This document shows positions 1-5,936 of a stretch of DNA of 64,000 nucleotides, piece after piece. The position numbers were made by a program, and so were the translations under genes. Below the pieces are notes generated by a model. It had not been told where the DNA came from, searched no databases, and saw only the letters and a program-made list of their open reading frames with translations. The stretch is from a virus. Numbering within the stretch: position 1 is the stretch's first letter; every line of letters begins with the position of its first letter. The DNA lies in IMG/VR virus record IMGVR_UViG_3300017917_002938, positions 64,001-128,000 of that record. The stretch is one strand, 5' to 3'.

Positions 1-1
1 C

Positions 2-148
2 AGAATCTACTCCAAATTTACCAACAATCTCTGTAACGCCGTTTGTAATAGTTACAAACTTTCCATATGCTTTTGCAAACTCCAATGCATCATTCAATGT
101 TGGACTTGCGTTTAGTATCATACCGTTTTCTATTTTAATATTCCACAT
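2..148 (-). CDS. hypothetical protein, runs off left edge (MWNIKIENG...VGKFGVDS)
   Basis: Manual translation; ATG at 148 preceded by AGGA; open to window edge. Confidence 0.6.
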   Translation of the reverse strand, partial: MWNIKIENGMILNASPTLNDALEFAKAYGKFVTITNGVTEIVGKFGVDS

Positions 149-157
149 AAAAATCCT

Positions 158-231
158 TGGCCGGGGTGCTAGGGCTCGAACCTAGAATAGCAGAGTCAAA
201 GTCTGCGGTGTTACCATTACACTACACCCCA
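158..231 (-). tRNA. tRNA-Gln(TTG)
   Basis: Cloverleaf, anticodon arm GCAGA-CTTTGAC-TCTGC, GGTTCGAGCC, encoded CCA. Confidence 0.95.
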
Positions 232-239
232 ATAATGAA

Positions 240-455
240 TTTGTTGTAGTAGTGCCGCCATCGTTATCGGCACCATTCACCTGGATTAACTAGCCCGGGC
301 AGGACTCGGTAAGTCACTTGGGATACTCATCCAGTTAGCAACCATACTGCGGCGATCTTCCGATCGCCCGGGAGTTGAACCCGTCCCCTTCTACTATATC
401 AGTCCTTCGAAGAAACCTTTATAGCGTGACATTCTCTTGCTGACACTACAACAAA
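240..455 (-). ncRNA. putative ~215-nt multi-stem structured RNA in tRNA array
   Basis: 11-bp terminal stem TTTGTTGTAGT/ACTACAACAAA, GGCGATC-GGAA-GATCGCC, GTGCCG/CGGCAC, T-loop-like GGTTCAACTCC; no ORF in track. Confidence 0.65.
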
Positions 456-458
456 ACT

Positions 459-535
<77 letters not shown>

Positions 536-541
536 ATAACT

Positions 542-615
542 TGGTGCCCCTTGACAGAATCGAACTGCCGTACCCGGGTTACAAAGCCGGTGTAATACCA
601 CTATACTAAAAGGGC
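542..615 (-). tRNA. tRNA-Thr(TGT)
   Basis: Anticodon loop TTTGTAA, CCA end. Confidence 0.93.
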
Positions 616-620
616 AAAAA

Positions 621-695
621 TGGCTCCGGTGGCTGGGATCGAACCAACGACCAATTGATTAACAGTCAACTGCACTACCGCTGTGCTACACCGGA
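621..695 (-). tRNA. tRNA-Asn(GTT)
   Basis: GTTGA-CTGTTAA-TCAAT, CCA end. Confidence 0.95.
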
Positions 696-701
696 ATAAC
701 C

Positions 702-775
702 TGGTTGCGGGAGAGGGAATCGAACCCCCATCTGGAGCTTATGAGACTCCTGAATTACCGTTACTCTATCCCGCG
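702..775 (-). tRNA. tRNA-Met(CAT), initiator-like (C1:A72 mismatch)
   Basis: GGAGT-CTCATAA-GCTCC; 5' CGCGGG...CCCGCAACCA. Confidence 0.9.
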
Positions 776-782
776 TCAAAAT

Positions 783-857
783 TGGCGGTCTCAAGGGGTA
801 ACGATCCCCTTCTTTATGCGTGACAGGCATACGTGCGTCCATGAACACTTTGAGACC
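783..857 (-). tRNA. tRNA-Asp(GTC), variant T-loop ATCGTTA
   Basis: TATGC-CTGTCAC-GCATA, CCA end. Confidence 0.92.
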
Positions 858-865
858 TATATTCT

Positions 866-1043
866 TTGCACGGCTACGTTTTTCAAGTCGCCCCGTACTG
901 AGTTTACAACCCTGTCGCCACCTTTGCTTATTCTGCTGTGTGGATCATCATACCAGATTCTGCTTACGTCTGCGCTAACGGTCTTCTGGACACCGGATCT
1001 TTATCGCGTAATCAAGCGCCTCTGCCACGCTGAGGAGCGGAAA
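866..1043 (-). ncRNA. possible structured RNA between tRNA-Tyr and tRNA-Asp
   Basis: GC-rich spacer with stems CCTC/GAGG, CCAGA/TCTGG, CCAC/GTGG, GGGTT-GTAA-ACTC, GTACGG/CCGTGC. Confidence 0.4.
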
Positions 1044-1044
1044 C

Positions 1045-1133
1045 TGGTGGAAGTGGTAGGATTCGAACCTACAGCGTTTCTTATGTGGCGGATTTACAGT
1101 CCGTTGCCTTCAACCAATTCAGCACACACTTCC
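1045..1133 (-). tRNA. tRNA-Tyr(GTA)
   Basis: CGGA-CTGTAAA-TCCG, long variable arm, CCA. Confidence 0.93.
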
Positions 1134-1138
1134 AATTT

Positions 1139-1222
1139 TGGTGCCCCAGGAGAGACTCGAACTCTCACGCCTTTCGACATTGGCTTCTAAGACCAACGTG
1201 TCTACCATTCCACCACCGGGGC
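1139..1222 (-). tRNA. tRNA-Leu(TAG)
   Basis: TTGGT-CTTAGAA-GCCAA, long variable arm, CCA. Confidence 0.95.
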
Positions 1223-1226
1223 AAAT

Positions 1227-1382
1227 TACCATTTGTTTAGTGTTATCGTGCCTATTTGTCAACAATGTAGCTAGCACTGACAAGCGAATAACAGTTATAT
1301 CAGACAGTGTTGGTCGCACCCTTACTGTCGCGTAGTCATAGCGTCCTATGACGATACCTTTGATAACACTAAACAAATGGTA
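1227..1382 (-). ncRNA. putative ~155-nt structured RNA closed by a 21-bp stem
   Basis: Perfect inverted repeat 1227-1247/1362-1382 enclosing GTCATAG-GACG-CTATGAC, GACAGT/ACTGTC, TTGTCA/TGACAA hairpins. Confidence 0.6.
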
Positions 1383-1453
1383 CACCGTACGGGAATCGAA
1401 CCCGTCTTACCAACGTGAAAGGCTGGTGTCCTAAACCGATAGACGAACGGTGC
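1378..1453 (-). tRNA. tRNA-Glu(TTC)
   Basis: CCAGC-CTTTCAC-GTTGG, CCA. Confidence 0.95.
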
Positions 1454-1480
1454 ATTTAACTTTTTTAAAGAACGAAACGA

Positions 1481-1510
1481 ATTATATTCTGCGATGGAAA
1501 ATAAATCAAC
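1481..1510 (-). promoter_or_regulatory. sigma70-type phage promoter inside tRNA array
   Basis: TTGATT-17-TATAAT, same motif as early promoters. Confidence 0.7.
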
Positions 1511-1584
1511 TGGTCCTTTCGAGAGGTAACGATCCTCTGTCTCTCGGTTATCAGCCGAGTGCTCTACCTTTGAGCTACGAAAGG
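1511..1584 (-). tRNA. tRNA-Ile(GAT), variant T-loop ATCGTTA
   Basis: CTCGG-CTGATAA-CCGAG, CCA. Confidence 0.93.
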
Positions 1585-1585
1585 T

Positions 1586-1660
1586 TGGTGGTAATGAAGA
1601 GACTCGAACTCCTAACCTACACCGTATGAAGGTGCCGCACTACCATTGTGCTACATTACC
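1586..1660 (-). tRNA. tRNA-Met(CAT) elongator or Ile2(CAT)
   Basis: GCACC-TTCATAC-GGTGT, CCA. Confidence 0.9.
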
Positions 1661-2193
1661 AGTCTAGATGGTTTTACAGCCTGCAATGCAAACTTTAGCG
1701 TATCGTCGGTCTGAAAGTCTAAATGTACACATTTAAAATCTGCCTTATAGATATACCTAAAATCTGACATCGATGTCTTACCAATTTGCCTTGTGTATTC
1801 GGATTGATCGAGAAATATAAGAGATTCTTTTTGAATCACTCTCGTATGACTCGGATCTCCCCATACCCAGGGCGAGTTAATATTTGGACAGGTAGCCATC
1901 AAGAAACCTCCTGGTTTCAGAATTCTCCAGAACTCACTAAACTGAGCAAAGAAAAATTTATAGTCTCCCTGTCTTCCGGTATGTTCTAGAACTTCATATG
2001 CATGAATTTCATCAAACGTATTATCCTCAAAAACCGAATATGGTATGTTACAAAGATCCCACACTATATCCGGTTTATGATCGCGGTTAATATCAAGGGT
2101 AGTTAGATTATTCCATTCAGGATTACCATCATGAATGACTTTCTCTCTACGACTACCACATCCAATTAATAGTTCTTTTTTATAGTTTACCAT
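1651..2193 (-). CDS. class I SAM-dependent methyltransferase-like protein
   Basis: IGCG motif I, FDEIHAYEVLEH, RILKPGG. Confidence 0.8.
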   Translation of the reverse strand: MVNYKKELLIGCGSRREKVIHDGNPEWNNLTTLDINRDHKPDIVWDLCNIPYSVFEDNTFDEIHAYEVLEHTGRQGDYKFFFAQFSEFWRILKPGGFLMATCPNINSPWVWGDPSHTRVIQKESLIFLDQSEYTRQIGKTSMSDFRYIYKADFKCVHLDFQTDDTLKFALQAVKPSRLVM

Positions 2194-2290
2194 ATAGAAA
2201 CATACTAAATCTGCGACACCGTCAAATGCCGCATCGCCTAGTTGACGCTAGACCGCCAGAGTGTGGCGTTCAGTATGTTTTTATATGGTA
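2188..2290 (-). ncRNA. putative ~100-nt kissing-loop RNA
   Basis: ~19-bp closing stem; hairpin loops CGTCAA and TTGACG are exact complements. Confidence 0.65.
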
Positions 2291-2360
2291 GGGGCACAGA
2301 GAATCGAACTCTGATTAATAGGTTAAAAGCCTACTACTTTAGCCGTTAAGTTATACCCCC
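2286..2360 (-). tRNA. tRNA-Lys(TTT)
   Basis: GTAGG-CTTTTAA-CCTAT, CCA. Confidence 0.95.
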
Positions 2361-2482
2361 AGCAATTCTTGTTTTTGAGCTCTACGTAGTGCCTTATTAG
2401 ACTTACGATGAACTCCTGCTTTACGAAAAAGCGCTAAACGAACGAAGCAGTTACGTTCGCGCGCGATGGGTTTTCGTTTCAT
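2351..2482 (-). CDS. 43-aa basic peptide MKRKPIARERNCFVRLALFRKAGVHRKSNKALRRAQKQELLGV
   Basis: Manual translation; SD GAGG upstream; below ORF-track cutoff. Confidence 0.65.
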   Translation of the reverse strand: MKRKPIARERNCFVRLALFRKAGVHRKSNKALRRAQKQELLGV

Positions 2483-2580
2483 TTTTTCCTCACTTTAAGT
2501 TTTTGTCGATTACTACTATTAGTATTATTACGATAAGAAGTACTGAGACCGCCCCATGTTGTTTCTCCTTAACAAGTCTA

Positions 2581-2610
2581 ATTATAGATGTAGTTGGAAA
2601 ATAAGGCAAC
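2581..2610 (-). promoter_or_regulatory. sigma70-type promoter inside tRNA array
   Basis: TTGCCT-17-TATAAT with A-tract upstream. Confidence 0.65.
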
Positions 2611-2638
2611 AACTTTTTTTCTAACTATTTCTAGTTAC

Positions 2639-2716
2639 TGGAGTGTCGAGTCAGATTTGAACTGACGGCTTTACGGGTTTGCAATCCGTTCCCTTGGACC
2701 TCTCGGGCATCGACAC
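2639..2716 (-). tRNA. tRNA-Cys(GCA)
   Basis: Loop TTGCAAA, U73, CCA. Confidence 0.92.
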
Positions 2717-2721
2717 ATATC

Positions 2722-2795
2722 TGGTGCTGCTAGGAGGTAACGATCCTCCGTTTCCGCCTTACCAAGGCGGTGTAATACCTTTATACTATAGCAGC
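2722..2795 (-). tRNA. tRNA-Thr(GGT), variant T-loop ATCGTTA
   Basis: CCGCC-TTGGTAA-GGCGG, CCA. Confidence 0.93.
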
Positions 2796-2800
2796 AAAAA

Positions 2801-2888
2801 TGGCGGAGGGTATCAGACTCGAACTGATGCGCCCATTTCTGAACGACGGTTTAGCAAACCGCTGGTTTAACCGCTCACCCAACCCTCC
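2801..2888 (-). tRNA. tRNA-Ser(GCT)
   Basis: GCGGT-TTGCTAA-ACCGT, long variable arm, G73. Confidence 0.95.
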
Positions 2889-3475
2889 TAAGTAGCAAAC
2901 TTCCACTCTGTTTTTTCTTTAAACCCTACCTCACCACCTTGCTCTTTTATTCTTTTGAACACCTCTTCAAGCAGTATTGGTCTAAAGTCAATCTGCTCAA
3001 CACAGACAGAGAAATAGCGAGGATCAATTTTTTTTCCATGTTTAGTAAATCCATCATCCATTTTTACTCTATTCGAATGGAGATGTCCATGAACGTTGCA
3101 GCCAAACCGATACAGTTGGTCAGGGTGCACTGGTACATGAGTAAAAATACAACCGTTCATTACATGGCTGCCTCTGATATCTCTAAAGTATTGAGTGTAT
3201 TCTTCAAGTTTAAAAATATCGTGGTTACCTTTAATCAACACTTTGTCTCCGTTCAACCGACCTAGCGTTTTTAATGCTTTACGGTTGATAACAACGTCGC
3301 CTAGATGATATACTTTGTCATTGGGTCGAACAGTTTCGTTCCACCGCTTGACCATTTCTTCATCCATCTCATCCGGGTTATCCCACGGCCTGAGCTTCTC
3401 TCCGTCTTCACGTGTAAATCGGCATACGCCGGCGTGACCGAAGTGCGTATCGCTAACTACGAATACCGATGGCAT
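2888..3475 (-). CDS. calcineurin-like metallophosphoesterase
   Basis: SDTHFGH, HLGD, KGNHD, HGHLH motifs. Confidence 0.9.
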   Translation of the reverse strand: MPSVFVVSDTHFGHAGVCRFTREDGEKLRPWDNPDEMDEEMVKRWNETVRPNDKVYHLGDVVINRKALKTLGRLNGDKVLIKGNHDIFKLEEYTQYFRDIRGSHVMNGCIFTHVPVHPDQLYRFGCNVHGHLHSNRVKMDDGFTKHGKKIDPRYFSVCVEQIDFRPILLEEVFKRIKEQGGEVGFKEKTEWKFAT

Positions 3476-3495
3476 ATACGCCTCCTTTCATGTTA

Positions 3496-3590
3496 TGGTA
3501 CTCCCGACAGGATTCGAACCTGTATCATCCCCTCATCTAGAGGCATCGCCGAGGTATAAGCTCGGAGTTTTACCGTTAAACTACAGGAGC
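3496..3590 (-). tRNA. tRNA-Ile(TAT) with unusually long variable arm (95 nt)
   Basis: CCGAG-CTTATAC-CTCGG, ~25-nt variable region with CCTC/GAGG stem, GGTTCGAATCC, CCA. Confidence 0.8.
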
Positions 3591-3598
3591 ATCTAAAG

Positions 3599-3672
3599 TG
3601 GTCTGGGTGGCAAGAATCGAACTTGCACCTCAAGTATCCAAGACTCGTCGACTACCACTATCCTACACCCAG
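3599..3672 (-). tRNA. second tRNA-Pro(TGG), atypical A37
   Basis: CGAGT-CTTGGAT-ACTTG, CCA. Confidence 0.85.
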
Positions 3673-3680
3673 ATAAAAAT

Positions 3681-3756
3681 TGGTGGACCGGCGGGGTAAC
3701 GATCCCCGATCTTCGCATTGCAAGTGCGACGTGTAGCCCTCTATCACTACCAGCCC
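3681..3756 (-). tRNA. tRNA-Ala(TGC), variant T-loop ATCGTTA
   Basis: TCGCA-CTTGCAA-TGCGA, G3:U70, CCA. Confidence 0.93.
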
Positions 3757-3760
3757 AAAA

Positions 3761-3802
3761 TGACTTACTACTTGTCCTATTATACGCCATAAGTCAAGGC
3801 GA
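3761..3802 (-). ncRNA. possible H-type pseudoknot in tRNA spacer
   Basis: S1 CGCC/GGCG; loop TGACTTA pairs with 3' TAAGTCA. Confidence 0.45.
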
Positions 3803-3806
3803 GTTT

Positions 3807-3899
3807 TGGCGGAGACGGTGAGACTCGAACTCACACACCCATTTCTGAGCCTTCGGTTTTCAAGACCGCTGCCGCTATGCCGATTCGGCTAACATCTCC
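3807..3899 (-). tRNA. tRNA-Ser(TGA)
   Basis: CGGT-CTTGAAA-ACCG, long variable arm, CCA. Confidence 0.93.
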
Positions 3900-3904
3900 T
3901 TATT

Positions 3905-3978
3905 TGGAGCGGATAGGGGAAATCGAATCCCACTCTGCACAGCTTGGAAGGCTGGCGACACACCTCGTGCTTACCCGC
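3905..3978 (-). tRNA. tRNA-Gly(TCC), atypical D-arm
   Basis: CAGC-CTTCCAA-GCTG, U73, CCA. Confidence 0.85.
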
Positions 3979-3982
3979 ATAA

Positions 3983-4061
3983 ACCATATAAAAGTTCTTT
4001 GCTCAGTATGGACTCTGACTATGCCTTGTCGTTACAAGCATTCAAAGAACTTTTATATGGT
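3983..4061 (-). ncRNA. putative ~80-nt three-way-junction RNA
   Basis: Perfect 19-bp inverted repeat 3983-4001/4043-4061 enclosing two hairpins. Confidence 0.5.
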
Positions 4062-4139
4062 ACCCCTGCTCGGACTCGAACCGAGACTTACTAACACTCC
4101 TTTTGAGAGAGCTGCCTTTACCAATTTGGCCACAGGGGC
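4058..4139 (-). tRNA. tRNA-Leu(CAA)
   Basis: GCTCT-CTCAAAA-GGAGT, CCA. Confidence 0.92.
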
Positions 4140-4142
4140 ACA

Positions 4143-4217
4143 TGGAGCGGGCAGCGAGGATCGAACTCGCAACTAAACCTTGGCAAGGTCTCGTGTTACC
4201 ATTAGCACCATGCCCGC
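4143..4217 (-). tRNA. tRNA-Gly(GCC)
   Basis: AGACC-TTGCCAA-GGTTT, CCA. Confidence 0.95.
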
Positions 4218-4223
4218 ATCATA

Positions 4224-4299
4224 TGGCCGGTCCTGAGAGAATCGAACTCCCACTTCAGCGTTCGTAGCGCTGCGTAATCATCCATTTTACTAAGGACCG
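4224..4299 (-). tRNA. tRNA-Arg(ACG), first gene of array
   Basis: CAGCG-CTACGAA-CGCTG, CCA. Confidence 0.93.
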
Positions 4300-4330
4300 A
4301 CTAAATCGTGTTCTAAATTGTTAATGAGCA

Positions 4331-4360
4331 ATTGTAGTTGAGGTAAAAAAATAAATCAAC
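4331..4360 (-). promoter_or_regulatory. sigma70-type promoter directly upstream of tRNA array
   Basis: TTGATT-17-TACAAT. Confidence 0.65.
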
Positions 4361-4380
4361 TACTTTTTTTGCTAAAGAGC

Positions 4381-4415
4381 AAACAAAAACCCCAGGGTGT
4401 TTAGTCCTGGGGCTT
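4381..4415 (-). terminator. intrinsic terminator (attenuator 3:4 hairpin)
   Basis: AAGCCCCAGG-ACTAAACAC-CCTGGGGTTT followed by TTGTTT; 5' arm alternatively pairs with 4445-4455. Confidence 0.8.
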
Positions 4416-4440
4416 GTGTTAGATCTCTAGATACTATTGG

Positions 4441-4566
4441 CTACACACAAACCCCTGGTGATGGATACTCAATGGCATTACCTCCAAATGAGCGGCCACA
4501 CTGACTCCATGTTACGTCTAGCGTAACGGAGTGTTTCAGCGATGTGGGTATGAGTGTTTGCATCAT
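4441..4566 (-). CDS. putative attenuator leader peptide (41 aa, all 20 amino acids)
   Basis: MMQTLIPTSLKHSVTLDVTWSQCGRSFGGNAIEYPSPGVCV*; last codons overlap antiterminator arm. Confidence 0.75.
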   Translation of the reverse strand: MMQTLIPTSLKHSVTLDVTWSQCGRSFGGNAIEYPSPGVCV

Positions 4567-4569
4567 AGT

Positions 4570-4598
4570 ATTATATAGCATCCTTTGCCCTAGGGCAA
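4570..4598 (-). promoter_or_regulatory. promoter for leader (probably leaderless transcript)
   Basis: A9 tract, TTGCCC-17-TATAAT; 7 nt downstream is the A of ATG at 4563; palindrome TTGCCCTAGGGCAA over the -35. Confidence 0.65.
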
Positions 4599-4611
4599 GC
4601 TTTTTTTTTGT

Positions 4612-5121
4612 TTATTTCAAATCTTTTTTGACTAGGTACACGTAAGTGTAAGCGTTCTGCTTAGAGACTCCTAGTGCTTCCGCAACTAGATCTATAACCA
4701 CCTTATCACCTTTATCTTTGTTCTCAATGTACAGTTGCTGGGCAATCGCACGTTTAGAGCCCTTCTTACCTTTTACTTTAGCTTTTCCGCTTTCCATAGT
4801 AACTGCCACGTCAGGCATCTTGAACGCAGTGGGACCCAAAATTTGAGTAAGATTGTTGATACGAGCATCAGCTTTCTCTAAAACTGCTTTAGGATCAACC
4901 GCCCCATCGTTCATTTGCTTTTCAATAGCAGTCATTGCAAAGATGTAAGCTTTGCGTACGTTAGTTTCAGGTTTTAGACCAAACGCATACATGATCTTAT
5001 TTGCAGCTTTGAGAGGATCAGGCTGAGCATCTAAGTATTCACGAATTGAACGAATAGCGCGAGTCGGAGACATTCCCGGCTCAAGCTTAAGTTTAGTCAT
5101 CAAATCAGTACCATGATTCAT
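4612..5121 (-). CDS. hypothetical protein with C-terminal HTH-like domain
   Basis: ORF with SD; C-terminus resembles ORFs 42065-42541 and 48019-48243. Confidence 0.75.
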   Translation of the reverse strand: MNHGTDLMTKLKLEPGMSPTRAIRSIREYLDAQPDPLKAANKIMYAFGLKPETNVRKAYIFAMTAIEKQMNDGAVDPKAVLEKADARINNLTQILGPTAFKMPDVAVTMESGKAKVKGKKGSKRAIAQQLYIENKDKGDKVVIDLVAEALGVSKQNAYTYVYLVKKDLK

Positions 5122-5147
5122 AGTTCTCACCTTTCACATAAAACATT

Positions 5148-5242
5148 ATTATAACGACATGAAGAAATTAAATCAACTGTTATTTACAATATCTTAATAC
5201 ATTTATAACTATATTGTACAGTGTAATGTAAATTAAATCAAC
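5148..5242 (-). promoter_or_regulatory. two tandem early-type promoters
   Basis: TTGATT-17-TATAAT (5148-5176) and TTGATT-17-TACAAT (5213-5241). Confidence 0.7.
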
Positions 5243-5936
5243 TGTTATTTAAAGTATATTGTTTGAAGATTTGAGTGGCTTTTTCGCGTCTGGGATTGCT
5301 AGATTCTACAAATGTCTGTAGGTCACCTTCTTCTACTGCTATTGCAATAGCAATTTGCGGAACTTTGAACCCGTACATTTCCTCTATCATCATAGCATAT
5401 ACAGTAGCTTGTATGAAATAGTTCTCAATCCACTCTTTATTTTTTGGCTTGGTGGAGGTTTTGTAGTCGAGAATGGAAGTTATTCCATGAAGTCTTCCTA
5501 CTAGATCGCATCTACCGGCTGTCTTTAGCGTATGAGAATACAAAGGAATTTCAATACCGTACACTCTATCTAAGTGCTCATCCAGATAGGGCTGTATCTG
5601 TTTGAACATCATTACATTAGACGGCATGTGACCGGAGAAGTAGTTGTCTACGTTCCTGATATAATCTTCACAAATGGAGTGTACTTTTGTTCCTCGAGTG
5701 GCCGCCTGAGTTCTAATTTTATTGGCTTGCTCTACTCCAACTCTTTCTACCCACTCAGTAATACCTTCCTTGGTTAAGGAAGAGAGAACGGTAGTAACGG
5801 AGGGATATTTTTCACCAGTAGGGGTGACGTAAAAACGCTTACCATCTACGTATTCTGTTTCCAGCTCTTTGGTTGGAAGAAGTAGATGTTCAAAGTAACG
5901 GTCACGATGAAAATTTGTTTGAAAAGGTAATGTCAC
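5238..5936 (-). CDS. PD-(D/E)xK (Cas4/RecB-like) exonuclease
   Basis: YPSVTT, RGTxVH, AGRCD, DYKT, QxxxY motifs. Confidence 0.85.
   Translation of the reverse strand: MTLPFQTNFHRDRYFEHLLLPTKELETEYVDGKRFYVTPTGEKYPSVTTVLSSLTKEGITEWVERVGVEQANKIRTQAATRGTKVHSICEDYIRNVDNYFSGHMPSNVMMFKQIQPYLDEHLDRVYGIEIPLYSHTLKTAGRCDLVGRLHGITSILDYKTSTKPKNKEWIENYFIQATVYAMMIEEMYGFKVPQIAIAIAVEEGDLQTFVESSNPRREKATQIFKQYTLNNS

Noticed and set aside
1227-1382. Hammerhead or other self-cleaving ribozyme
   Set aside because: No complete CUGANGA/GAAA core in the right stem context.
2351-2482. ArfA ribosome-rescue factor call for the 43-aa basic peptide
   Set aside because: Lacks the KGKGS motif; only composition and non-stop context are similar.
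3520-3550. CTA amber-suppressor anticodon or intron in the tRNA(TAT) insert
   Set aside because: CTCTAGA lies in the variable arm without a 5-bp stem/7-nt loop; genes end normally at TAG, so there is no sign of recoding.
3778-3797. TTGACT...TATAAT promoter-like pair
   Set aside because: Spacer is only 7 nt; better explained as pseudoknot stems.
705-4176. Track ORFs over the tRNA array (705-1190+, 1119-1385-, 1138-1335+, 2679-2870+, 3305-3559+, 3593-3790-, 3877-4176+)
   Set aside because: Shadow frames over clear tRNA genes; no SD or protein-like motifs.
5238-5936. Cas4 / CRISPR system
   Set aside because: No Fe-S cysteine set, no other cas genes and no repeat-spacer array in the window.
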